Shown one piece after another: positions 7,923 to 16,480 of a stretch of DNA of 64,000 nucleotides. The position numbers and the translations under genes are program-made. The stretch is from Novosphingobium sp. Lineage in GTDB: Bacteria; Pseudomonadota; Alphaproteobacteria; Sphingomonadales; Sphingomonadaceae. Position 1 is the stretch's first letter. Each line of letters opens with the position of its first letter. The notes under the pieces were generated by a model that saw only the letters and a program-made list of their open reading frames with translations, was not told the origin of the DNA and made no database searches. The DNA lies in the NCBI GenBank assembly GCA_024236175.1, contig JACKKY010000004.1:439249-503248 (forward strand), read 5' to 3'.

Positions 7923-9263
7923 TCAGGCCGGCTCGGCTTCCTCTTCGGCAGCCTTGGCGTGCTTCATGTACATTTCCATCACATCCTTCGACGTGACGGG
8001 ACGCGGCGCTTCGCCACCTTCCAGCGGAGCGGCGCCGCCCGAAGAAATCAGGGTCGTGTCTACACCGGCTTCCTTCGCCTGCTGGCGCAGCGCACCGACG
8101 GTGAGCTGTTCCTTGGGGATCATGTCGAACATGTCGAACTTGAACACGCGCATGGCGTTGAGGTGCGTGATCTTGTCGATCTGCGAGTCGGTGAGGTGTT
8201 GCGCATCCTTCCAGAGGATTTCCGGCGCATTCGGCCACGGCGCGTCGGAGTGCGGATAGTCCACCTCGTACATGATCGTGTCTTCGCCGATCAGGTCGAT
8301 GTTCTTGAGCCCGTAGCCGTCGTCGATGAAACAGCTGTAGAAGTGCCGCTTCCACACGTCGCTCGGCTTCATGTCGCCGAGGTACTGCTTCGAGTGGGTC
8401 CAGGCGTTGTGCTGCGCGTGGCTGTAGTCGGCGCGTTCCATCAGGTACGGAATCCAGCCGATGCCGCTTTCCGAGAAGCAGACCTTCAGGTCGGGATAGC
8501 GGTGAAGCGCTTCCAGGTTGATCCAGTCCGCGGCACCGAAGGCGACCGCCATCGGCATCGTGGTGATGTTCGCTTCGACGGGCGATTCCGGCGAGCAATG
8601 CGGGGCGACGTTGCCGGTGCCGATGTGCAGGCAGATCGCCGTGCCGCATTCCGCCGCAGCCTTGAAAAGCGGCTCGTAGTAGCCGGTGTGTATGCCCGGC
8701 ATGCCGCCGACGTGCGGGTTCTCGCTCATGGTCACGGCGAAGCAGTTCTTGTCGGCGAGGCGGCGGACTTCCTTGGCGGTCTCGTCCATGTCCCACAGCG
8801 GCAGGATGCCCAGCGGGATGAAGCGGCCAGGATGCGCGCCGCACCATTCGTCGATGTGCCAGTCGTTGTAGGCGCGCATGTGGGTGAGCGCCATTTTCTT
8901 GTCCTCGGCCCGGATGAACAGGCCGCCGTCGATACCCGCGACGGACGGGAAGTTCATCGAAGCGGCGATGCCGTTGACGTTCATGTCGCCAACGCGTGCA
9001 TCGACATCCCAGCAGCCCTTGCGCAGCTGGTCGAGGTGAGTCGGCTCGAAACCGTATTCCTCGCGGACGCGGCCGGTCACGGAATTGAGCGCGACATTGC
9101 GCATCCGCTTGCCCTGGTATTCCCAGAAATTCGCGCCGTCCCTGGCGACTTTCAGCTTGGGCGCGGTCTCATAGTCCTTGCCGGAAAGCTGGTTGTCGAA
9201 AACCGTCGGCGGCTCCGTGATGTGATCGTCGACGCTGACGATCACCATGTCGTTCATCTGCAT
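7923..9263 (-). CDS. Amidohydrolase_2 (ACMSD/LigW-like metal-dependent hydrolase/decarboxylase) family protein
   Basis: The N-terminal VSVDDHITEPPTVF is paralogous to ISVDDHVTEPPDLW at 50737. It also has conserved YNDWHIDEWC, FSESGIGWIPY and VDYPHSD segments. Confidence 0.8.
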   Translation of the reverse strand: MQMNDMVIVSVDDHITEPPTVFDNQLSGKDYETAPKLKVARDGANFWEYQGKRMRNVALNSVTGRVREEYGFEPTHLDQLRKGCWDVDARVGDMNVNGIAASMNFPSVAGIDGGLFIRAEDKKMALTHMRAYNDWHIDEWCGAHPGRFIPLGILPLWDMDETAKEVRRLADKNCFAVTMSENPHVGGMPGIHTGYYEPLFKAAAECGTAICLHIGTGNVAPHCSPESPVEANITTMPMAVAFGAADWINLEALHRYPDLKVCFSESGIGWIPYLMERADYSHAQHNAWTHSKQYLGDMKPSDVWKRHFYSCFIDDGYGLKNIDLIGEDTIMYEVDYPHSDAPWPNAPEILWKDAQHLTDSQIDKITHLNAMRVFKFDMFDMIPKEQLTVGALRQQAKEAGVDTTLISSGGAAPLEGGEAPRPVTSKDVMEMYMKHAKAAEEEAEPA

Positions 9264-9426
9264 GTCTGTTCCTCTTCCCGTGTTGGGTCAGGTTGAACCG
9301 GATGAGAACATTGTTCCCGATCCGGAAGCGGATGGCAATTCAAACAGACATCAACCTACATCGTCACCGCGATTTGTGGAACCCTTACCGGAAAGGCATC
9401 GCTGCGGCGACGGAAGGCGGAATGGC

Positions 9427-10800
9427 TCAGAAGCTTGCGTCCAGCGAGACATAGCTGCCGCGCGGATTTCCAAAGCGGTTGGCGTTGGGCGCCTGCGTCA
9501 GGAACTCTCCGTTCAAGATGAGCACCGCCCCCGCCTCAAGCTGTAGCCGACTCGGGATTATCCAGTAGCGCACACGGCCTTCGATCTGGTGGCCGGCGAA
9601 GTTCCCCGATAGCCCGGCCGGGTCGCGCACTCCGGTGCTGGCGAAAGCGTCGCTGGCGCTTGCCAGCCAGGCCGCCCGGTACATGGAGAAGGCATCCCAG
9701 CGCCTGCCCGGTTTCACTTCCAGCCGCACGCCGGGAGAACTGATGTTGGCGCGGCCCAGCGCGCCGAAGATTCCCGTCGGGCCGAACTCCCCGCGACGGG
9801 CGCCGAACAGCGTATCGAACCTGCCCCAGGACTTTCCCGTCCCGTCTCCCGAAGCCAGATCGTATTGGAGCGCAATTCGCGGCGCCCAGTGTCCGGAGAA
9901 GCGGTAGCCCAGAGAAGCGTGGAGGAAGTAGGCCGAGACATCGAGCTTCGCGGCACCCGGCGCCGTCCCGGCGCTGATGGCGCCGAACTGGTATGCGCCC
10001 TCCAGTTCGAAATCGAGCCTGCCGGTGGCCGGTGCGCGATAGATGCGCACGCCGGGCGTGAAGAGATGGCGGTTGCGGGTGGCGCGACCGGGCCGGTCGC
10101 CTTCTTCCAGCACGAGGAAATAGGCCTCCAGCGCGGTGCTGTCGCCGACCGGCCGGGCGGACAGATGGGCGCCCCAGAAGGCGAGATCGAAACCTTCCCT
10201 GTCCCATCTTACCTTGTTGTCGAGAACCCCCTGCCTATCGCCGGGCAGCCGCTGCTGGGGCAGCGTATAGAACAGCGAGAGCGCGGTACCGTTCCGGCCG
10301 GAAAAGTGCGCGTGAACCCCGGTGAAGGCATTGGTGGTGTTGCGATAATTGTTCCGGGCGACGAGCCGGCGCGAGCCGAGGTCCATGGTGAAGCGGCCAA
10401 GGTCCAGCCGCGTATCTGTCCCCTCGCCCAGCGCATCTCCAAGATCGAAGCCTGCATAGGCCTGGACGAGTTCCAGCGCGTTCACCTCGCCTGTCCCCAC
10501 GGAGCTGCCGCTATCAGTCGACCATGCGCGGGAATCCTGCAGCTCGGCACCGATGCGGACAGGGCCGGTATCATATTCGGCCAGGAGGTCGGTGCGCAGG
10601 GCAACGATGTCGTCGTTGCGGTCGAGGCCCGGACGGAACTGGTTGCCGAGCGCCTCGTACCGGACACGCATGCTGCCGGAGACCGTCAGCCCGTCGGGGT
10701 TGCCCAGCGCCTGCTGCAGTGTCGGGGGAGAGTTGTCACCTTCCTCGGCAACGGCAGTACCCGGGAAGAAGACGCAAGTCGCCAACAGGACCGCGTGCAT
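9427..10800 (-). CDS. Outer-membrane beta-barrel porin, alginate-export (AlgE-like) family, second copy
   Basis: I chose the start at MHAVLLATCVFFPGTAVAEE (signal peptide). It has MRVRYE and GRFTMDLGSRRLVARNNYRNTTNAFTG, which resemble the AlgE-family signature, and a C-terminal Phe (LDASF). Confidence 0.7.
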   Translation of the reverse strand: MHAVLLATCVFFPGTAVAEEGDNSPPTLQQALGNPDGLTVSGSMRVRYEALGNQFRPGLDRNDDIVALRTDLLAEYDTGPVRIGAELQDSRAWSTDSGSSVGTGEVNALELVQAYAGFDLGDALGEGTDTRLDLGRFTMDLGSRRLVARNNYRNTTNAFTGVHAHFSGRNGTALSLFYTLPQQRLPGDRQGVLDNKVRWDREGFDLAFWGAHLSARPVGDSTALEAYFLVLEEGDRPGRATRNRHLFTPGVRIYRAPATGRLDFELEGAYQFGAISAGTAPGAAKLDVSAYFLHASLGYRFSGHWAPRIALQYDLASGDGTGKSWGRFDTLFGARRGEFGPTGIFGALGRANISSPGVRLEVKPGRRWDAFSMYRAAWLASASDAFASTGVRDPAGLSGNFAGHQIEGRVRYWIIPSRLQLEAGAVLILNGEFLTQAPNANRFGNPRGSYVSLDASF

Positions 10801-10885
10801 ACAACAGGAATGTCCGGGGCCTGACTGGCCGAGCCGATTCTGCAAAGTCGATCTTCCTCACGGAATGGCTTCTCAAGCCGGCCTT

Positions 10886-10921
10886 TTCACAATCTATATA
10901 CGATGGAATATAGATTGTGAA
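10886..10921. promoter_or_regulatory. Perfect 14-bp inverted repeat TTCACAATCTATAT-N8-ATATAGATTGTGAA; Mo-box-like operator candidate
   Basis: It has the same TCTATAT-N8-ATATAGA core and spacing as the site in front of modA (45364-45389). It lies 86-121 nt upstream of the porin ATG at 10800. Confidence 0.5.
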
Positions 10922-10961
10922 CCTCAAGTTCACCCTGATCCCATCGGCGGCGGGATCGCGA

Positions 10962-12443
10962 TCAGCGCGGCGAGTAGAGAATCTGGCCCTTCCCGGTCGC
11001 GGCAACGCGCAGGAACAGTCCCGCCCCGGTCACCTGCACCAGGTCGTGATTCACATCGTCGATCGTGGCGGAGAGCCGGAAATCGCCTTCCCTTCGATTG
11101 GCGATCGCCCGCCGTGCCGCTTCGAGCACCTTGTCGTAGTCCTCGCTGAAATCCTCGGTCAGGCTCGTCGCAATCTCCTCCTTGACCTTGTCACTCAGCA
11201 TCAGCTGGATCAGCAGGTCCGCGGCCATGCGGTCCGCCCCGCCGAATATCTCGAGATCGCGGACCCTGATCACCTGCGAATTGGGCGTACTGACCGGAGT
11301 GCCCGTCAGCCAGATACGCCCGTGCGACTTGCCGAAGCGGGTCCCGAAACGCTCTCCCACCGGCTCGACCTGCGCTTCGATCCCGACCGCAAGGCGATTG
11401 TCGGAGGTGGCGTAGATGGTGACCTTCTCGAACTTGGCATCGACGCGGCCGACGCCTTCCAGCCGGATGCCGCGCGCGGCCAGTTTGCGCAGGGCGCGCA
11501 GGACGACAGGCTCGAGCTGGGTATAGTCGGCAACCACCGGAATGAAGAAGCGCAGGCCGGAATTCTGGACGGTCTCCAGTTGGGGCGGAAGCGGCGTCGG
11601 CACCGGCATGGCCGGCTTGTCGCCGACGAAGGTCTCCGTCACCGCTTGCGCCGCGACCACCAGCTCGACGCGGCGCCCCGCGACACGATAGCCCGAAAAG
11701 CCGAGGCCGCTGGGCGTCACCCGCATCCAGGCGGGCGGCTTTTCGCGGTTCAGCTCGATAACCGTGAACCCCTCCTTCCAGGCATCGGCGATGACGGGCC
11801 TGATCCGGACTTTGGCGATTTCCTTCTGGAGATCGCGTTCCAGCCCGGAGACAACTTTCGCGAGTTCCTTGTCGGCGCGCTTCACGAAGCGGATACGCTG
11901 GCCCAGGAAATCGATGCCGGGCGGCTCGGTCCACCCATAGGAGATGTCTACCTTGGCGTGCGGATTCCAGTTGCGGTCGACGCTGAGCCGGACGTCGGCG
12001 CGCACCGTCGCCGATCCATCGGCCGTCTCGCTTTTCAGGACGCCGCCCACGTCGCGTGCGCTCAGGACCGCGTTGACCGGCAGCGTGATGGTGATGCGCT
12101 GTCCCGATCCGGAAAGGCGGATGCGGCCGCGGGTAACCTGTCCGACGATCCGGCAACCGATGTCCGGCGTAACCTTGATGCGGCCGCCGAACGCCTTGAT
12201 CCGCTGCGCCGGCACGCAATTTTCCCGCCGCTCGTCGATAGACCACAGCTTCCGGGGAGTCCTGCGCTCAAGCCCTGCCTGGATTTCATCGAGCGAGAGG
12301 CTGATCGGCACGGCAAGCGTCGAATCCTGGCTCGGGAACTTCGGCGCGGCCGTGACCCGAGGCGGCGCAGGATGGTCGTATTGCGAATTGCATCCGCCAA
12401 GCAGCAGCAGAGAGATCAGCAGGCCGGTCGCGATCCTGACCAC
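10962..12443 (-). CDS. Lipoprotein of unknown function (DUF4403-like by recollection)
   Basis: It has the lipobox LLLLGGC after MVRIATGLLIS, good GC3 and no recognisable catalytic motif. Confidence 0.6.
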   Translation of the reverse strand: MVRIATGLLISLLLLGGCNSQYDHPAPPRVTAAPKFPSQDSTLAVPISLSLDEIQAGLERRTPRKLWSIDERRENCVPAQRIKAFGGRIKVTPDIGCRIVGQVTRGRIRLSGSGQRITITLPVNAVLSARDVGGVLKSETADGSATVRADVRLSVDRNWNPHAKVDISYGWTEPPGIDFLGQRIRFVKRADKELAKVVSGLERDLQKEIAKVRIRPVIADAWKEGFTVIELNREKPPAWMRVTPSGLGFSGYRVAGRRVELVVAAQAVTETFVGDKPAMPVPTPLPPQLETVQNSGLRFFIPVVADYTQLEPVVLRALRKLAARGIRLEGVGRVDAKFEKVTIYATSDNRLAVGIEAQVEPVGERFGTRFGKSHGRIWLTGTPVSTPNSQVIRVRDLEIFGGADRMAADLLIQLMLSDKVKEEIATSLTEDFSEDYDKVLEAARRAIANRREGDFRLSATIDDVNHDLVQVTGAGLFLRVAATGKGQILYSPR

Positions 12444-12525
12444 GGCATTCCCCCGGACGTCCTCAAGCGATGACGTGCTTATGCGGGAATGACCGCCGGT
12501 TCGGCAAGCAGCAGCTTGGCGATGG

Positions 12526-13881
12526 CTATGCGACCCAGCTGTCCAGCACGGTGTGGAACTGCGCGACCTTGGGTTCCTGCCGGGTCAGCGTCATATGCGT
12601 GAGCTTGCTGTTGCGAAGGCCCTTCTGCTGCTCTTCCATCTGGCTGAAGTCCTGCTCGAGCGCGAGGAAATAGGGAACGTGCTCGCCTTCGGGAATCTCG
12701 GTCATTTCGGTGCGCTGGGCCTCGCGCTCCTCCGGCGGAAGCCAGATGTAGTGCGCAACCCGCCAGTAACAGCGGTTGGGATCGCCGTCCGGGTGCGGCC
12801 GGGCGATGATGACGGTGGATTCGCCGGCGCGAAGCTGGATGTAGACATTGGGGAACAGCGACCAGAATTCGAAATCGCTCATCTGGTTGTCGGTGAGCCC
12901 GCTGACGTCCAGTCCCTTGGCGGTCAGGGATTCGCGTACCGCCTGCTGGAACAGCAGACGACCGGAAATCCCTTCCGGGAAAGCCAGCGTGCCATCAGGC
13001 TTGCTGTGGGACGCCACGAGTTCCTCGAACCGCGGGAAGACCTCCGCCAGCCCGGGAAAGTTCGGCTTGGGGATCTGCCTGAACGCCTCGACCTGCTTGC
13101 CGTGATCGGTCTCCTGCTCATCGGTCCCCTGGAAGGGGACGGTCGTCGCGCCGTGATTGCCGAACCGACAGTAGCGCTCCTTCGACAGGTCCATGATCGG
13201 GATGAGTTCGGGGTGGACGGCCTGGACGTGATAGCTTTCGTAGAAAGCGTCCATCACCACTTTCCAGTTGCAGCCGATCGTCTCGCGCACGTTCATCCCG
13301 ACCGGGATCATCTCCTCGAGATGGAAAGCTTCCAGGACCGGACCGGCCTTGCCGAGGAAGTCGGCCAGCGGCGCGGCATCGCGGTCTGGATTGATGAAGA
13401 TGAAACCGGCGAAACATTCCACGGGAACCTCGATCAGCCCCAGTTCCTGCTTGTCGCCGACGAATTCCTCCACCGTGCCGTCGAAGTCCGGCTTGGCCAC
13501 GGCCAGCAACTGCCCGTCCAGCCCGTAGGACCAGTTGTGATAGGGACAGGTGAAACGGGCCGCATGCCCCTTGCCTTCGCAGAAGGAGTTGCCGCGATGC
13601 CGGCAGGCGTTGACGAACCCGCGGATCGTGCCGTCCCGGCCTCGCACCAGCACGAAGGACTGGTCGAATATGCGGTATTCCATCCAGTCGCCGGCTTCCG
13701 GCAATTCGTCCGCGCGCCCGGCAACCTGCCACACCCGCATCCACAGCTGCTCGCGTTCGCGCTCATGGTATTCGGGAGAACTGTAGCGGTCGGTAGTCAC
13801 CCGCATCTTCAGGTCGGAATAGTCGATCTCGTGAATCAGGGGAGCCGTGTCCATGCACTCGCCCGGCCTTGCCGCTTGCAT
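12526..13881 (-). CDS. Rieske [2Fe-2S] aromatic-ring-hydroxylating oxygenase, alpha (catalytic) subunit
   Basis: It has the Rieske motif CRHRGNSF...CPYHNWSY and the mononuclear iron motif NWKVVMDAFYESYHVQAVH. The start is ambiguous (13890, 13881 or 13854); AAGGAG lies 9 nt before the ATG at 13881. Confidence 0.85.
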   Translation of the reverse strand: MQAARPGECMDTAPLIHEIDYSDLKMRVTTDRYSSPEYHEREREQLWMRVWQVAGRADELPEAGDWMEYRIFDQSFVLVRGRDGTIRGFVNACRHRGNSFCEGKGHAARFTCPYHNWSYGLDGQLLAVAKPDFDGTVEEFVGDKQELGLIEVPVECFAGFIFINPDRDAAPLADFLGKAGPVLEAFHLEEMIPVGMNVRETIGCNWKVVMDAFYESYHVQAVHPELIPIMDLSKERYCRFGNHGATTVPFQGTDEQETDHGKQVEAFRQIPKPNFPGLAEVFPRFEELVASHSKPDGTLAFPEGISGRLLFQQAVRESLTAKGLDVSGLTDNQMSDFEFWSLFPNVYIQLRAGESTVIIARPHPDGDPNRCYWRVAHYIWLPPEEREAQRTEMTEIPEGEHVPYFLALEQDFSQMEEQQKGLRNSKLTHMTLTRQEPKVAQFHTVLDSWVA

Positions 13882-14144
13882 CGCATCCATCTCCTTGCCC
13901 GGCGCTTCGCCCTTGGGCAGGCGCCCGTTCGCCCGACGCTCGTGATCGGCGACCGGTTCGCCTGCTTGGTTAGGTCCAAGGCACCGGCGCCGCAACTCCC
14001 AACGCCCGCACGGACTGCTCCGTGCAGCAGCCGCAAATGTCCGGATCGGAAATCAGCGCAATCCGCCGGAAAGTCGCGGCTTTATTTTCGCGGTTCCGGT
14101 GGCATCATGACGGCCGCAGAAAGACAATCCGGGAGAGTGAGCCG

Positions 14145-14642
14145 ATGGAAGAAGAGATGCAGCGCCTGCTTGACGAGGCCGCGATCAAGAAAGTGCACAT
14201 CCGCTATTGCCGGGGCATAGACCGGATGGACTGGGAACTGATCCGGTCCTGCTACCACCCCGATGCGATCGACGATCACGGCGAATATGTCGGCGGCATC
14301 GACGGCTTCATCGAATACTGCAAGGCCGGCTGCCCGACGTTCCTTTCCACCACGCACATGACCGGCAACCAGCTTGTCGAAGTCGACGGCGACACGGCAT
14401 GGGCCGAGCATTATGCCCGCGCCTTCCACCGGGTCGCGGCCGACGACAGCGGCCCGCTCCGGGACCTCGTCGTCAACACCCGCTATGTCGACCGCTTCGA
14501 GCGACGGAACGGCGAGTGGCGGATCGCCCATCGCGTGGTGGTCGTCGACACTGACCGGGTGGACCCCGTCAACGAACGCTGGGTTCCCCAGGAGCAGCTG
14601 CGCAGCAGGCGCGACAGGACCGACCCGTCCTATGCAGACTAG
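14145..14642 (+). CDS. NTF2-fold / SnoaL-like (SnoaL_4 type) protein
   Basis: The segments IKKVHIRYCRGIDRMDWELIRSCYHPDAIDDHG and RYVDRFERRNGEWRIAHR are typical of this family. GGGAGAG lies 7 nt before the ATG at 14145. Confidence 0.75.
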   Translation: MEEEMQRLLDEAAIKKVHIRYCRGIDRMDWELIRSCYHPDAIDDHGEYVGGIDGFIEYCKAGCPTFLSTTHMTGNQLVEVDGDTAWAEHYARAFHRVAADDSGPLRDLVVNTRYVDRFERRNGEWRIAHRVVVVDTDRVDPVNERWVPQEQLRSRRDRTDPSYAD

Positions 14643-14657
14643 ACCGGGCCTGTAGCG

Positions 14658-15809
14658 ATGCACAGGCGGGACGCGCTTTCGCTGATGGCCGCCGGAGCCG
14701 CGTCGGCAGCCTTGCCGAAGCCCACCATGGGACGAAGTGGAACCGCCGCAGCGGGAACACAGATGGAGAATGCGATCATGAAAGGCAGCTTGCCGCTCGA
14801 TGCCGATTACATGCTGGCCGAGGCGCCGCCACCGCCGTTCGACTGGGTTCGCGAAGGCACATCCTACTGGCTGTTCGAGGAAAACGGAGAGTTCGCGATC
14901 CCGCGCATCGGCGTGGAAGCTGAACCCTGGAGCTGGGAAAACCGCAGGTTCCAGTCCAATTTCGCGCTCAGCGACGGGCGCATCCTGATGCGCTCCGGCC
15001 AGGGCCTGATGCCGCCGGTGACGGACAAGGACGGCAATCCCGCCATCCTCGGCGGCGGCCCGATCACTTTCCGGTGCCTGGCTCCGTTCGAGCGCTGGCT
15101 GGTGACTTTCGACGGCATGGTGATCGACACAAGCGTGTCCGACCAGATCGCGAAGTCCGTAGACGACAGTAGGCTCGTGCCGCTGAAATACGAATTCGAG
15201 CTGACCATGGCGGTCCCGCCGAACGAACAGGATATCTCGCCCGGAAAATTCGCCACCTGGGGCAAGGGCAAGCGGCGCGACGCCGTGTCGGTGGGCCTGG
15301 GCTGGCGCTTCGAGCAGATGCTGCGCGGCGAAGGCGAAGTCGAACTCGACGGAACCAGGCGCTCCGCAAAGGTCGTCGGCAGCAGGATCAAGCGCCGCAG
15401 CGTGCGCACCGATGGCCTGTTCCTGCGCGGCCACTGCTGGCAGGCGGTGCTGTTCCCGGACGGCCGCGCCGCGGGTTTCGAAGCGAGGCCCGTCCACGAC
15501 GACGGCGAGGAGCCGTGGAACGAGGGCTTCGTCTACCAGGACGGCAAGATGCACCACGCCAGGGCCACGAAGGTTCCGTGGCTGCGCGACATTGTCGCCA
15601 GCGGCGAGGATGTCTCCTTCGAGCTGGAATCCGAGCTCGGCACCACGCGGATCGAAGGCCGGACCGAGCTAGCGACGTTCCAGCTCGGGAGCGACCATCT
15701 GTGGGGACTGCGCCTGCAGCAAGGCGGTGCCCGCTACAGCTGGGACGGCCAGAGCGCCTACGGCATGATCGAACGGTCCTCCTGGGAGGATATGACCAGG
15801 TTCGAATAG
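14658..15809 (+). CDS. Conserved hypothetical protein with a possible Tat signal
   Basis: MHRRDALSLMAAGAASA-ALP has a twin-Arg, a hydrophobic core and an AxA site. The body has good GC3 and no motif I recognise. Alternative starts are at 14763 and 14778. Confidence 0.6.
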   Translation: MHRRDALSLMAAGAASAALPKPTMGRSGTAAAGTQMENAIMKGSLPLDADYMLAEAPPPPFDWVREGTSYWLFEENGEFAIPRIGVEAEPWSWENRRFQSNFALSDGRILMRSGQGLMPPVTDKDGNPAILGGGPITFRCLAPFERWLVTFDGMVIDTSVSDQIAKSVDDSRLVPLKYEFELTMAVPPNEQDISPGKFATWGKGKRRDAVSVGLGWRFEQMLRGEGEVELDGTRRSAKVVGSRIKRRSVRTDGLFLRGHCWQAVLFPDGRAAGFEARPVHDDGEEPWNEGFVYQDGKMHHARATKVPWLRDIVASGEDVSFELESELGTTRIEGRTELATFQLGSDHLWGLRLQQGGARYSWDGQSAYGMIERSSWEDMTRFE

Positions 15810-15894
15810 CCGGACCGCAGGCGGCGATTGACCGGCACTGGCCACCCCCGCTAACAGATCGACGAACACCATTCCGAGGCACGAGGAGAGGATC

Positions 15895-16455
15895 ATGACC
15901 ATCGAAGAGGAACTGGCGGAACTGAAGGAAACGGTCCGCCACCTGAAGGACCGCCAGGACATTCTCGACTGCATCCAGCGCGAAAGCCGGGCCCGCGACC
16001 GCCAGGACATAGACATGATCGCAAGCTGCTGGTGGGAAGACGGCGTCGACGAGCACGGCGCGGTCGTCACCTTCGCGCCGGATTATCCTGAAAAGGCGAA
16101 TGCCGGCCATAGCGCCAATTTCAACCAGACCAGCCACAACATCACCAACCACCTGTGCGAGATCGACGGCGACAAGGCCTATTGCGAATCCTACGTGATC
16201 GGCGGGTTGTTCTGGCTCAACGGCAAGACCATGTCGTTCGGCATCGGGCGCTACATCGACCAGCTGGAAAATCGCAACGGTGAGTGGCGGATCGCCACCC
16301 GGCGCTGCACCATTGAGATGACCGGTGATTGCGATGCGACCTGGGTGTATTCGCAGGCCGTCAAGGGGTTCCTCAAGGGTCAGTGGAGCAAGGACGACCC
16401 GTCCTACGAACGCCCGATCACCTGGAAGCCGAAGGAAGAAGGTCTGCGCTGGTAG
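15895..16455 (+). CDS. NTF2-fold / SnoaL-like (SnoaL_4 type) protein
   Basis: It has ILDCIQRESRARDRQDIDMIASCWWEDGVDEHG and RYIDQLENRNGEWRIATR. It is a paralogue of 14145-14642. Confidence 0.75.
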   Translation: MTIEEELAELKETVRHLKDRQDILDCIQRESRARDRQDIDMIASCWWEDGVDEHGAVVTFAPDYPEKANAGHSANFNQTSHNITNHLCEIDGDKAYCESYVIGGLFWLNGKTMSFGIGRYIDQLENRNGEWRIATRRCTIEMTGDCDATWVYSQAVKGFLKGQWSKDDPSYERPITWKPKEEGLRW

Positions 16456-16480
16456 CAGGCAAGCGGACCGGTCGCGCCGA

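Noticed and set aside
10886-10921. I considered reading the 14-bp inverted repeat as the intrinsic terminator of the upstream DUF4403-like gene.
   Set aside because: The stem is almost pure A-U and is not followed by a U-tract on either strand. Sharing its core and spacing with the modA operator argues for a protein-binding site, so I kept it as a finding instead.
10917-14220. Long plus-strand ORFs (518 aa and 555 aa) lie antisense to the DUF4403-like and Rieske genes.
   Set aside because: They show the same antisense artefact, whereas the minus-strand products carry a lipobox and Rieske/iron motifs respectively.
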